Assembly: GCF_963921235.1 (NCBI RefSeq)
Contig: NC_086109.1
Span: forward strand, 15,006,001-15,070,000
DNA from: Mobula hypostoma
Taxonomy: Eukaryota
Length of the DNA stretch: 64,000 nucleotides
Reading direction: 5' to 3'
Shown here: positions 39,047 to 51,774 of the stretch, piece after piece
Numbering within the stretch: position 1 is the first letter of the stretch
How the letters are laid out: each line of letters begins with the position of its first letter
The notes under the pieces: generated by a model
Databases searched by the model: none
Seen by the model: the letters and a program-made list of their open reading frames with translations, nothing else
What the model was told of the DNA's origin: nothing
Program-made: the position numbers and the translations under genes

Positions 39047-39910
39047 TGTTACGTACCCCGTAACTGGGTTGCCAAACCAGCAGAAATGGATCACTCAGTT
39101 GGAGTCTGGAGTACTAGAACTAAGAAAGTTTTATTAAAGAAACAAGCAACACAGTAATCGAAAGGATAATAAATGCAACAGTTCAGCGATGATAAACACA
39201 CATGTGCACAGAATTAAGATAACAGCATCAATCAAGCTCTATCGTTGTCTAGGGGTAAATGACCAAATTTCAAAGTGACTCAAAGTTCAGTCCAGTTTTA
39301 GTAGTTCAGTTCGCAGTAATCGTTGCCATGGCGATGGACAACATGCGGGGAGAGAGAGAGAGAACAGGAACAACTGATCATTCAGCACAGCTTCACTCAC
39401 AGACCGGCGAGATGGCTCACAATCAGCTTTTGGGCGGGTCCTTGGTGATGTCACCTGAGGTCACCGACTGTGACCCCTCCTCCAGATGCGGTCGATCCTC
39501 TGCAGTGAACCCGGCACCCAGGCAAGGGCGGACACACACCGGGTTCCCGCTGATCGTACCTTTCCACCCTGGTCGTTGTCTGATACTTCTCACCCACTCG
39601 TGAGAGGTGCACCGCTTCCAGGGTCTCGTTACCTCGGGTGGCGTGTGTCCCTGTCTTAGCGAACCTGTCCCTTTTTATCCCCCTGCTGGGGTATCGCCTG
39701 TCCATCACTTCAAACAGTTCAGGGTTCAAAGGGGGAGCCGCTCCAGACAGCTCTCTCTCTCCCACGTCCCTTCATTACACATCTCCAGACGCTGCTCCAT
39801 TGTTCCTTATCTCTCCTTCCCCTGAGGGCAGGTGGCAGACCACTTGCTGATGTTACTGATGCTAACCCAGGCCAGCAAACATCTTAATTTTTATGTGTAT
39901 TCTCGTCACA
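39047..39910 (-). mobile_element. Solo LTR (family A), antisense copy
   Basis: Reverse complement of 32328-33169; TG...CA termini; 4-bp TSD CCTG (39043-39046 / 39911-39914). Confidence 0.93.
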
Positions 39911-39989
39911 CCTGCGGCACAGAGGAGGCCATTCCCATGTAGCGCAGCTCCCTAGTTTTCTGACAGGTGAATCCACTGAGTGCAATTTC

Positions 39990-42720
39990 TTCCCAGTTTC
40001 CAGATGTAATGTTGAATTTGTGTCACTTTGGATACCGCTGGGGAGGGGAGGGGGTAAGCTAGCGGGTCACAGCAGCAGCCAGGCCAGTGGCACCGTGGCT
40101 GAATCCGAGGCTTAGCAGGGAAGGGTAAAGTCAGGTATGTCGATAAGGATAAGAAGCTTGTAGTTACGGGGATGGACAAGAGATTCTGCGACTGCGAAAG
40201 GGACACCATGATGGTGTGTTGCCTCCCAGGTGCTAGGGTCCAGGATGTCTCGGAGCAGCTGAGGAAGATTCTCAAGTGGGATAGTGAGCAGCCAGATGTC
40301 GTGGTATACATTGGCACCAATGACATAGGTAAGAAAGTTAAGAGGTCTTACGCAGTCAGTTGCGGGAGTTAGGGAAGAGGCTGCAGAGCAGAACCCCTAA
40401 GGTATTAATCCCTGGATTATTCCCAGTAACGCGTGCTAGTCAGGGCAGTAATAGGATGATGGTGCAGATGAATGAGTGGGTGAGGAAATGGTACAAGGGA
40501 CAGGGTTTCAGATTCCTGGATCATTGGGATCTCTTCTGAGGAAGATACGGTATAACCTGCATAAAAAAAAAAGATGGGTTACACCTGAACCTATGGGAGA
40601 CCAATATCCTTGCAGGCAGGTTTGCTAGATGGTTTAAACTAATTTGGCAGGGGGATGGAAACCAGGGTGATAGGGCTGAGGATGGGATAGTTAGTACACA
40701 AGTAGGCATGTTGTGTAGTGAGACTGTGAAGAAGGACAGGCAGATGATAGGGCAAAATAGCAGTCAGTGGGATGATTTGAAGTGTAACATGAGGGCAAAA
40801 TTGAAAAGGATAATGACTACAGGGCTGAAAGTGTTATATTTGACTGCACACACTATGCAGAATAAGATAAATGATCTTGCAGTGCAGATAGAGATCGGCC
40901 GGTATAACGTTGAGGGCATCACTGTGTTGTGGCTGAAAGACAATCATAGTTGTGAGCTAAGCGTCAGAGGATATACCCTGTATTGGAAAGACAGGCAGGT
41001 AGGCAGAGGGGATGGGGTGCTCTGTTGATAAAAGAAGCCAAATCCTCAGAAAGAAGTGACATAGGATTGGAAAATGTAGAATCCATGAGGGCAGAGTTAA
41101 ATTACAAGGGGAAAAAGACACTGATGGGAGTTATACGCAAACCTCCAAATGATAGCCAGAATCTGGGATGCATATTACATTGGGACATAGAAAAAGCATG
41201 TAAAAGGGGCAATATTACTACAGTCATGGGGGGGGGGTGCGGTTTCAACATGCAGGTAAACTGGGAAAGTCAGGATGGTGCTGGATCCCAAGAGAAGGGA
41301 TTTGTCGTGTCTATGAGATGGCTTTTTAGAGAAGCTTGTGGTTCAATCCACCAGGGGAAAGGTAATTCTGGGTGTTGTGTAGTGAACCAGATTTGATTAG
41401 AGAACTTAAAGTAAAGGAACTCTCAGTGATCATAATATGATATAACTCACTCTGCAGTTTCAGGAGAATCTAAAATCGGATGTATCAGTATTACAGTGGA
41501 GTAAAGGGTATTACAGAGGAATAAGAGAGGAACTGACCAAAGTTGATTGGAAGGGGTCGCTAGCAGGGATGACAGCAGAACAACAATGGCTGGATTTTCT
41601 GGAGGCAAATCAGAAGATGCAGGATAGATGCATTCTAAAAATGAAGTATTCTAAAGGGAGAATGAGGCAACCGTGGTTGTCAAGGGAAGTCAAAAGACAG
41701 CATAAAAGGAAACGAGCAGGAAGAAATATAACAAAAATTAATGAGAAGTTAGAGGTTTGGGAAGATTTTAAAAACCAACAGAAGGTAGCTACAAAATGCC
41801 ATGAGGAGAGGAAACATGAAATATGAAGGTAAGCTAGCTAATAACATAAGACAGGATACCAAAAGATTGTTCAGATATATAAAGAGTAAAAAGAGAGGTG
41901 AGAGTAAATATCGGACCACTCGAAAATGAGGTAGTAATGGGGGAACAAAGAAATGGCGGATGAACATAATAAGTATTTTGCATCAGTCTTCACTGAGGAA
42001 GGCACTGCAGTATGTCAAAAATTTGAGAGTGTTGTGGGCAGATGTGAGTATAATTGCTATTACCAGGGAGAAGGCAATTGGAAAGCTGAAAGGTCTGAAG
42101 ATAGGTAAGTTAACTGAAATATTGTAGAGGTATTAGTAATGACCTTTCAAGAATCAGTAGATTCTGGAATGTTCTGGAGGAAAGGAAAATAACAAATGTA
42201 CTCCACTGTTTAAGAATGGAGGGAGGCAGAATGAAGGAAATAATAGACCAGCTAGCCTGATTTCAATGGTTGGGAGATGTTGGAATACATTATTAAGGAT
42301 GAGTTTTTGAGGTACTTGGAGGCTCATGATAAAATAGAGAAAGATCCACATGGATTCCGTAAGGGGAAATCTTACCTGACAAATCTATTGGAATTCTTTG
42401 AAGAAATAAGAAGTAGGATAGACAAAGGAGAGTCAGTGGATGTTGTTTTCTTGGATTTTCAGAACAGAATTTCCTTTTGGAACAGAGCTGAGGAGGAGTT
42501 TATTCGGCCAGAGGTGGTGAATCTGTGGAATTCAGTGCCACAGAAGGCTGTGGAAGCCAAGTCATTGGGTATATTTAAAGTGGAGGTTAATAGGTTATTG
42601 ACTAGTCAGCTTTTCAAAGGTTTCTGGGAGAATGGGGTCCATCAGCCATGATGGAATGACCAAGCAGACTTTGTGGGACAAATGGCCTAATTCTGCTCCT
42701 ATATCTTATATCATATGGTC
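39990..42720 (+). mobile_element. Degenerate CR1 LINE with ORF1 esterase and APE endonuclease, RT largely deleted
   Basis: VCCLPGARVQDV...DVVVYIGTNDIG (SGNH esterase of CR1 ORF1), GYTLYWKDRQVGRGDGV (APE), LTNLLEFFEE...VDVVFLDFQ jumping directly to the 3' end VVNLWNSVP at ~42462. Confidence 0.88.
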
Positions 42721-43129
42721 ATATTTCTTCAGGCTAATTTTGATGTTTTCTTTGAAGCATTTCCTTTGCCCACCAGGTGCTTGCTGACCTTCTTTTAACT
42801 GGAAAGATCCCTTTAGGGGGAATGAGGTAGGCATCCAAATGACATAACCTTTCCATCAGAGTTGGTACTACTTTATTGTGGTGGAGATACTGGGAGATGC
42901 CGTTCTTGTGTAACCCTCTCAATGTGGCTCGTAACAAATTAGGCTCATTAGTTATCCCTGGCCAGCAGCTACGTGACTCAGCGATGCACGGATACGGTGC
43001 AACGGCCTTCTCCAAAAAGCAACGCATGTCCAGTGTCAGCATGATTCGGGTTCAACCAAACACTAAAGTTGGAATGTTCCCTCGTGGGAATGCAAGTTAT
43101 GGTGAATGCTGATTAAATACCGGTCCATG

Positions 43130-43730
43130 CAAAAGTTATCACTCACCAGGAAATAACAGAACTTACACTGGCATAAACTTAAAATGGAAGTATACTTACA
43201 AATATTTCAACATTAACAATTAACAAAAAAAGGGCCCATTACAATTAAACCAATCTATAATGTGTACATAAACATCGGAGCTCATTGCTGGGTAGTCGGG
43301 CGCTTCGCTTCAATTACTCACGGCGCTGAACCCACGTTCTGCGTAAAAGACACCAGCAAGAATTTGAACTTCCCTCGAAGTCCATTACGAACTAAATGGC
43401 TAAATAGGAAGTATTGGCACTTCCTCCGTGGAGCCATTCGTCTGCATAAAGTGCGTCTTACAATGGCGTCTGTCCTTTGGACAGGGTTCCACGAGTATCT
43501 TCCATTGTCTCTGCTCTACACTGCATTTCTTCTCCAACTCATGCAAAAAGCCCTTCCCCCAAAACCTATGTTCTCCTAGAAACCAGATGCTGCCAATCTC
43601 TCTCGAATGCGCCTTGGCAATCCACTGGATGGAATGTTATCAAGACAAACCTGATTGGCTGACACAATATTCCTAAACTGATTAAATGACTTCTTATCTT
43701 AACAGAAACCAAAAATACTGGCAGTAACAC
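43130..43730. repeat. Unclassified LTR-like repeat (related to 5370-5773)
   Basis: Shared AAAAGGGCCCATT...GGAGCTCA block; no termini or TSD established. Confidence 0.3.
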
Positions 43731-43766
43731 ACAGTGTTTTCTAGAAAAGCTGCAGGAAGTAAAATG

Positions 43767-44616
43767 CGTGGCATGCAAAAGTTTGGGCACCCCGGGTCAA
43801 AATTTCTGATACTGTGAATAGCTAAGCAAGTAAAAGATGACCTGATTTCCAAAAGGCATAAAGTTAAAGATGACACATTTCTTTAATATTTTAAGCAAGA
43901 TTACTTTTTTATTACCATCTTTTACAGTTTCAAAATAACAAAAAAGGAAAAGGGCCCGAAGAAAAAGTTTGGGCACCCTGCATGGTCAGTACTTAGTAAC
44001 ATCCACTTTGGCAAGTATCACAGCTTGTAAGAGCTTTTTGTAGCCAGCTAAGAGTCTTTCAATTCTTGTTTGGGGGATTTTTGCCCATTCTTCTTTGCAA
44101 AAGGCTTCTAGTTCTGTGAGATTCTTGGGCCGTCTTGCACGCACTGCTCTTTTGAGGTCTATCCACAGATTTTCAATGATGTTTAGGTCAGGGGACTGTC
44201 AGGGCCATGGCAAAACCTTCAGCTTGCGCCTCTTGAGGTAGTCCATTGTGGATTTTGAGGTGTGTTTAGGATCATTATTCTGTTGTAGAAGCCATCCTCT
44301 TTTCATCTTCAGCTTTTTTATAGCTGGTGTGATGTTTGCTTCCAGAATTTGCTGGTATTTAATTGAATTCATTCTTCCCTCTAACAGTGACCCTGTGCCA
44401 CTGGCTGCAACACGAGCCCAAAGCATGATCGATCCACCCCCGTGCTTATCAGTTGGAGAGTTGTTCTTTTCATGAAATTCTGCACCCTTTTTTCTGCAAA
44501 CATACCTTTGCTCATTGCGGCCAAAATTCAGCGTCAGAACTTTGCAAAGGAACATCTAAACAAGCCTGATGCATTTTGGAAACAAGTCCCGTGGACTGAT
44601 GAAATTAAAATAGAAC
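43767..44616 (-). mobile_element. Tc1 transposon 3' fragment (IR/DR type)
   Basis: ORF 44199..44555(-) KHGGGSIMLW...LLQQNNDPKHTSKST...VLPWP; direct repeat AAAAGTTTGGGCACCC at ~43776 and ~43963; 44526-44616 is inverted. Confidence 0.9.
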
Positions 44617-46447
44617 ATTCAGTTGATACACAAGCTAGGGCAGCAGAATATGGAGAGCAAGCTGTTGCCCATGCAGCAGGTTCCCCCTCTCCATGCAGCT
44701 GATGAATCCAAAGGTACGGCAGAGATCCAAACAGCGGTGTGGCAGGAGTTGCCAGTCGGCATTGCGCTCAATATAGGACTGCCTCAGGGACTCCCACTAC
44801 AGATTTTTCCCTCAGGGCATTAAATGTAGAAGGTGACTTGGACAGACCAAAGGCCAAATTATCCTTTCTTGTCTTTGGGGAGCTTTAGATCAGAGCTGAA
44901 TAAACCATTCACCAATGATACAAGAATCAGTTTGACCTTTAAATAGGGTCTTATGGTTGATTTAATCGTGGTTGCATCTCCATTTCCTGGATTTTATTTG
45001 TAAGTAGATCTCACCAAGCCTGGGAATGGATCTCACTTCTTCCAGGCCCAGAAGGCACTTCTGGCAACTTGCAAAAGAGATGGTTGAAAATAATCTCATA
45101 AAACAGGTTCTGCTTGAGCTAGAGCAGTTGATGGGGAGAAAGGAGCATGCAAAGGAGTCAATTACCATGTCTAATCATCCAAGTACTCAGAAAATATTTA
45201 CAGGGCTGTTGGATCTGGGGATGTCATGAGCCAGAAATTCTTCAAAAATCAAGAATGAGGCGTAAGCTTAGGAATTACCATTGTTTCATTAGGGGTTATA
45301 AGAACAGATAATGAACAAAGAGCAAAGAAAGGTCGAAAACAAAGCACAGAGAAAAAAGAAATTGAGGTTGTCTTACAGAAACTAAATAGATAAAAAAACA
45401 TTCCAGTGATAAGAAATAACCTATGAAACAGTTAGGTTCAGTGGTATGACACAGCCTGCAGAGGAAGTACAGAATTAGCTATAGTACAATTACTGAAAAT
45501 TCACTGAACAATTAAACACAAACAGGTGATTATATACAAATCTAAGCAAGCATAAAGTAAATTAAACTTCAAGAAAAATAACAATTTTATATTTTAATCC
45601 AACAGGGCTACAGGGAAAGAAGAGTGGAGTGAAACCAACTAATAATCTGTTTCATAATAGACTCCTGGGCGAGTGGCAGACGTTGCCCTACCAGTCACTA
45701 AAAAGGTACATCAGTAAGATATTTTGCATAGGGTGGATTTACTGTATATGTTCATCTATGCTTTCTGAATCAATTTTTATGACAGGGCATTAGGTTAATT
45801 AATTGATGCTGCACACATTGTTATCTTTCCAATTAGCATCACTGCTATTCTCCTAATAATCAATTAACTACAGTATAGTGGAAAAACTAAAATAAAACAG
45901 TTGCCACTATGGAATTGTTCTCCTTGCATGATGCACCCCCAGCTCCAATGATTGCTCCAAAGGTTGAATCATTTATTTGATCCTTTATTAGCAATTAGCA
46001 AACATATGGTCTTGAAGCGACCAACTTAAGCATACTCAAGCATTATTCAGCGTTATCTCAGTGGTCAGTAAAAGATACGGCCTCCACGGTTCCAAGCTAC
46101 AAACATCCACAAAATAAGCAAGGATATGGAACTTATTTCCTTCACTTTTGCCACGCCCCCACTCATGTGAGCAGTTAACATAATAACCATAAAAAATGCT
46201 CAACACAGTATACAAAGCAGATAGAGAACAGACACATGGCTCCTACAGTAACTAATTATGGTATAGATCCTTATGCTTTTGGCCTTTAACACTTCATCTT
46301 CTCTTTACCCTGCCCTCTCGTCAGAACTCCTTCCTCCATTCCGCACCTTCTTGTACTTACTACCTTTTACTGTTCGAGCAAGTAGTATTCACTGGAAAAA
46401 TATGATGGTTTGTTTATTACCTTTCAGGATCCTGATCAGTGCCAGCA

Positions 46448-46509
46448 ATGTATGGACTTCATAGAAATCAACAGATTCCTTTTTATGATGATCACCACTC
46501 ACTCGACAA
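46448..46509 (+). CDS. EPS8L3: EPS8L3-like, first coding exon (MYGLHRNQQIPFYDDHHSLD+AA); exon starts at 46428
   Basis: Acceptor TTACCTTTCAG|46428; in-frame upstream stop TGA (46433) before ATG with G at -3; donor AA|GTACGT; phase 2 joins the next exon in frame. Confidence 0.7.
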
Positions 46510-47164
46510 GTACGTCTCTGAATCTCAATGAACAGCTGAAGAAGCATGTTCACAAAATGTTGTTCTGGGTTTGTTATTGATCTATTATTGTCACATGTAC
46601 CAAGCCTTGCATACTGTTCCTTCAGTTCAAATCATTAAACAGTGCATGAGGGAGAACAATAACAATGCAGAATAAAGTGTAACAGCTACAGGGAAAGTGC
46701 AGTACAGGTAAAGAGTAAGATGGAAAATCATAACAAAGTATGATTTTTTTTTTAGAAATTTAGAACATTTTTTTAGAAATGACCTGGATATTGAAGTGCA
46801 GTGTAAAATTTCAATATTTGCTGATAATACCAAACTTGGGAGCTGGTGAGGATTCATTGACCAGCAACGAGACATAAAATAGGCTAGCGGAATGAGAAGT
46901 CTAGTTGCAGGTACAATTTAATAGAGTACGAGCTTCAAAGGTTATGGGGGGAAGGCAGGAGCATGGGGTAGAGAGGAAAAATCAATTAGCCACGATCGAA
47001 TGGCAGAGCTACTGGATGGGCTGAATGGCCTAATTTTGCTCCCATGTCTTATGGAAATGTGAGGTCACGCATTTTGGCAGAGGAATGGGAAGAGGCAAGG
47101 CAGACTTAATTGGCATTGTTCGAAAGAGTCTGCTAGATAAGGAGTCTTGGAGACTTATGTTCAT

Positions 47165-47510
47165 AAGACCATAAGACATAGGGACAGAATTTGCCATTCA
47201 GCCTATCGAGTCTGCTCCACCATTTCATCATGGCTGATTTATTTTCCTTCTCAACCCCATTTTCCCTGCCTTCTCTTCATAACCTTTGATGCCGTTACTA
47301 AGAACCTATCAACCTCTGCTTTAAATATACCCAATGACTTGGCCTCCACAGCCTTCCGTGGCAATGAATTCCACAGATTCATCATCCTCTGGCTAAAGAA
47401 ATTCCAACTCATATCTGTTCTAAGTGTTGAGGTTGTGCTCTCTGGTCCTAGTTCTCCCCACAATAGGAAACATCCCCTCTACATCCACTTGAACTAGGCC
47501 TTTCAGTATT
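47165..47510 (-). mobile_element. CR1 LINE 3' end
   Basis: ORF 47251..47463(-) NFFSQRMMNLWNSLPRKAVEAKSLGIFKAEVDRFL; CATAAGAC tail repeats. Confidence 0.85.
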
Positions 47511-47713
47511 TGATCTTTTTTCTCATGGTAAAGGCACCAAAAACAAAAGGGTGTAGCCTTAAGGTGAGTGGATGGAGTTTTAAAAGGATTGGAAAGGATT
47601 TTTTTCACACAGAGAATGGTTGATATCTGGAACTTGCTACCAGAGGAAGTGGACAATTAGATACAATCACTACATTTAAAAGACATTTAGACAGGCACTT
47701 ACATAAGCAAGGC

Positions 47714-47950
47714 ATAAACACAAAATAATCTGCAGATGCTGGGATCAAAGCAACACTCACAACGCGCTGGAGGAACTCAGCAGGTCCGGCAGCCTCCGTG
47801 GAAACGATGAGTTCCCCCACCTTCTTTATAGGGTCTCTGCCCCTTTTCCCTCTTCAGTCCTGACGAAGTGTTCCGGCCCAAAACATCGACTCATCGTTTC
47901 CACGAATGCTGCCCGACCTGCTGAGTTCCTCCAGCGTGTTGTGAGTGTTG
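47714..47950. mobile_element. Fold-back Penelope-like element with a decayed hammerhead, inserted in a CR1 3' end
   Basis: Inverted arms; AGTC-CTGACGA...AAAACATC-GACT (47856-47891); 16-bp TSD CTTACATAAGCAAGGC (47698-47713) / CTTACGTAAGCAAGGC (47951-47966). Confidence 0.75.
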
Positions 47951-48129
47951 CTTACGTAAGCAAGGCGCAGGAGGATACAAACCTGATGCAGGGAAATGGT
48001 ATTAGTGTAGATGGGCAAGAAAGTCAGCATGGATGTGTTGGGCTGAATGGCCTGTTTTCATGTTTTAAAATCATGGATGAAAGGGTAGTGGTTTAATCTC
48101 TTCTAAACATTTTATTTTTCTGTTTCTAG

Positions 48130-48206
48130 TGTGCCCCTATCTGAAAAATCTGCATTCCACAGAACTCAAAGTGTTGGCAACAGACCAAATGCAAAGGCCA
48201 TTTATC
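48130..48206 (+). CDS. EPS8L3: EPS8L3-like coding exon 2 (VPLSEKSAFHRTQSVGNRPNAKAIY)
   Basis: Acceptor TTTTTCTGTTTCTAG, donor C|GTAAGT; RPNAKAIY matches the EPS8-family N-terminal RPS..AIY motif; phases 2/1 fit both neighbours. Confidence 0.88.
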
Positions 48207-48714
48207 GTAAGTGATGGATTGGTTTTTACCTGTTTGAGAGTTTACAATGATAATAACGTTGAAGCCCCTGCTTATGGAGATCTTTTATTGACGCATATGT
48301 CTAACATTCAGTAATTTGACTCTCCTATGACAATGAAGACTTTCTTTTCAAATTACAAGCACAAAGTCTTTGGTTCTCACTAACCCCCAGCACATCCCAC
48401 TACTCGAAACCCAGAACCCACACATAAGCCATTGGATGCCAGCTGCAGTTGCTTGGTCTTTATTTGGTGATAGAAAATGCTTATCACTTAGTTCACATCT
48501 TACTATAGGCTTGGGTGTTGACTGTGTCCTCGCCTGCGTCGGGATAGACAGTTTCACTCTCTCAAGAAATACATGAAGAATTCTGGATTGTGCGATCATA
48601 GTTCTTTCTACCTGTGAAAATATTACGGAGAGAAGGTCAGCTTTGGAGAGGTAGGTTCTCGGCATTGAGATGATTTGTATTGAATAAGTACCATTATGGA
48701 ATATATGGATCCAT

Positions 48715-49190
48715 AATAGATAGATACTTTATTGATCCCAAAAGAAATCAATATTCCTTTGGGAATTACAGTGTTACAGTAGTATTACAAGTGCACAGAT
48801 ATAAATATTAGAAGAGAAGTAGAAATAATAAAAAATAAGTTACCTCAGTCTAACAGGAAGGGTTCGTCACTTCCCCAGCTATATGTTGACTCATTATAGA
48901 GCTTAATGGCTGAGGCTAAGAATGACCTCATATAGCGCTCTTTGGAGCAGGGCAGTTGACTTAGTCCATTACTACAAGTGCTCCTCTGTTCAGCCAAGGT
49001 GGCGTGCAGGGAGTGAGAAACATTGTCCAGAATTGTCAGGATTTTCTGTAGGGTTCTTTGTTCTACCACATCATCCAGTGTGTCCAGTTTGACTCCTGTA
49101 ACAGAGTCAGCCTTTCTAATCAGTTTATTGAGCCTGTTGGCTTCTCCCGTGTTGATGCCATTGCCCCAGCACACCACCGCATAGAAGATT
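48715..49190 (-). mobile_element. Rex1-like LINE 3' fragment
   Basis: ORF 48845..49435(-) includes FYAVVCWG...ANRLNKLIRKA...RSFLASAIKLYN. Confidence 0.85.
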
Positions 49191-49903
49191 GGTAGAATCT
49201 CCATTTGCTCGCACTCCTTGATGCCCGACTCTGTAGAATACTGACAGATGGAGCTCTGGACATCAATCAGTAATGCAGGATGCTGCATGTCTATGTGGTA
49301 TGGAAGCTGCACTGCGGTGGACAGTAATGCCTTACAAATGGTAGTTATAACTGGCCAATGCATCACCAGCATCAGCCTATCCACCATCAAGGACATAGAT
49401 ACAGAAAGGTGCCCGATAAAGGCCAGCAATATCACCTTGCTTATGAACCGTTTGTCCCACTCTCATCAGGGATGAGGGTATGTAACATCCTCACCTAGAC
49501 CCCCTGACTCAAAAGCATTGACCTCCCCCAAGCCATCAGGCTGATCAGCACATCCACGTGTTAACCTGCCCCACCACCACTACATACCCATCACCGAGCG
49601 TCACTTGATGTACACACAGTACAATCAATGCATACACCAGTTACTTGTACATTGTGTTTTTGTAGGATTGCTTTGATATTTATATATGTTCTTTTTATTT
49701 TGATTTCTTTTATTATGTTCTTTATGCTTATTGTTTTTAAATGCTGCATCAGATCCAGAGTAACAATCATTTTGTTCTTTGCACTTGTGTGCTGAAGAAT
49801 GACAAAAAGAAATCTTGAATCTTGAATTAGCAAATATTGATAAGTAACTTGTGCTTGATAACACAATTGATATTGGTATTCATTCGTTACTGTCACATGT
49901 ATC

Positions 49904-50185
49904 TTCTTCATCTTCGGCTGTCCATCGATTTTGATGTTGACTGAGGCCTGGGCAAGGTTGTATGGAAGACCGGCACTTGCCCATGCAGCAAGTCTCCCCT
50001 CTCCACACCACCAATGTTGTCCAAGGGAAGGGCACTAGGAACCATACAGCTTGGCACCGGTGCCGTCGCAGAGCAATGTGTGGTTAAGTGCCTTGCTCAA
50101 AGACACAACACGCTGCCTCAGCTGAGGCTCGAACTAGCGACCTCAGATCACTAGACCGATGCCTTAAACACCTGGCCACATGCCA
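49904..50185 (-). mobile_element. CORE-type tRNA SINE with a (GAA)-rich tail
   Basis: Minus strand: A box TGGCCAGGTG, B box GTTCGAGCC, CORE-like GTCTTTGAGCAAGGCACTTAACC; 9-bp TSD ACATGTATC (49895-49903 / 50186-50194). Confidence 0.75.
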
Positions 50186-51160
50186 ACATGTATCAAAATA
50201 TAATGGTACGGTTACTTTTGCAAATCAATCAAGCAGTTAATTTCAAATCAAATGGCTCAAATGGTTCAATTTAATATTAGTGAATGAGAGGATTCCGGGA
50301 GACAGAGACAGCGTGCGTGGACCTCATGGCGGTCAGGCTGTGGGACGGGGCGCAAGCCAATGTTTGATTTCATTTTGTCAATTAAAGCTTCCATTGTGGG
50401 CTGATTAAAGCGATGAGGGAGACTGAAACATCGAGGCGAGTGTAAAGCGTGAGCGGTGGCTGCCTGTCTTTTGTTCACTCTGCTGCTGGAGAGGGGAGAG
50501 GATGCCGCTGTGTGTGGAGAGTGTTGCCCAGGTTTTCTGCATTTTGGATGTGGACTTGGACTATAGACTATTTTTTCAGACTTGTAGATTTTTATATTGT
50601 GTGTTTTTCACCCAATCTTTCTCGTTTTGCGTGGGGAGAGGGATTTAGGAGTCAATGTGCCTATTGCACATTTGTTCTTTTTTGGGTGGGGAGGTAGGAT
50701 TTGGGGGTTGATGTTCCTATTCTGTTCTTGTTTGCTATCTCTTTAGTGCAGGAGGAGGTTATTTGGTGATGATGAGCCTTTTGCATTTTTTCCTGTGGGG
50801 GGGAGGGGATTTGGGTGTTGATGCCCATGCTGCCTTTCTTTTCTTTCTTGGTTTCATGGCTACCCAGGGAAGAATTATTTCAGAGTTGTATACTTTGATA
50901 ATAAATAAACCTTTGAATCTTTTGAACCTCTTTTGAACCTTTATACAGCATACAGCCTGAAATTCTTACCCTTCACTGACATCCATGAAACAAAAAACCC
51001 CAAAACATAAGTACTTTGAGGTAGTACAAGAGAAAAGAATAATAGAATGTCAAATACAGTGTTATAGTTATAGAGGAAGTGCAGTGTAGGTTGGCAATAA
51101 GGTGCAAAGACTGTGATGAGGTAAATTGTGAGCTGAAGAGTACATTGACCTACCTGCCTG

Positions 51161-51720
51161 GTCAAGTCAAGTCAAGTCATGTCAAGTCAAGTCACTTTTT
51201 ATTGTCATTTTGACCATAACTGCTGGTACAGTACACAGTAAAAAGGAGACAACTTTTTTCAGGACCATGGTGCTACATGAACAATACAAAAACTACACCG
51301 AACTACGTAAAACAACACAAAACTACACTAGACTACAGACCTACCCAGGACTGCATAAAGTGCACAAAACAGTGCAGGCATTACAATAAATAATAAACAA
51401 GACAATAGGCACAGTAGAGGGCAGTAGGTTGGTGTCAGTCCAGGCTCTGGGTATTGAGGAGTCTGATGGCTTGGGGGAAGAAACTGTTACATAGTCTGGT
51501 CGTGAGAGCCCGAATACTTCAGTGCCTTTTGCTAGATGGCAGGAGGGAGAAGAGTTTGTATGAGGGGTGCGTGAGGTCCTTCATAATGCTGTTTGCTTTA
51601 CGGATGCAGCGTGTGGTGTAAATGTCTGTAATGGTGGGAAGAGAGACCCTGATGATCTTCTCAGCTGACGTCACTATCCGCTGCAGGGTCTTGCAATCCG
51701 AGATGGTGCAATTTGACAAT
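51161..51720 (-). mobile_element. Rex1-like LINE 3' fragment
   Basis: (CAAGT)n tail at 51161-51193; ORF 51519..51737(-) LQRIVTSAEKII...LPTITDIYTTRC...FSLLPS. Confidence 0.85.
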
Positions 51721-51774
51721 GGTACTCTGTTTGACAAGAGTAGATATCATGGAGGGATCTGACAAGTTGAAAGC

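Noticed and set aside
42734..43042. 102-aa ORF between a CR1 and an LTR-like repeat
   Set aside because: No recognisable domain or convincing splice context; cannot be supported without a database search.
51161..51193. (CAAGT)n and similar short tandem arrays (12961, 29890) as CRISPR-like or satellite arrays
   Set aside because: These are 3' tails of Rex1-like elements with no spacers.
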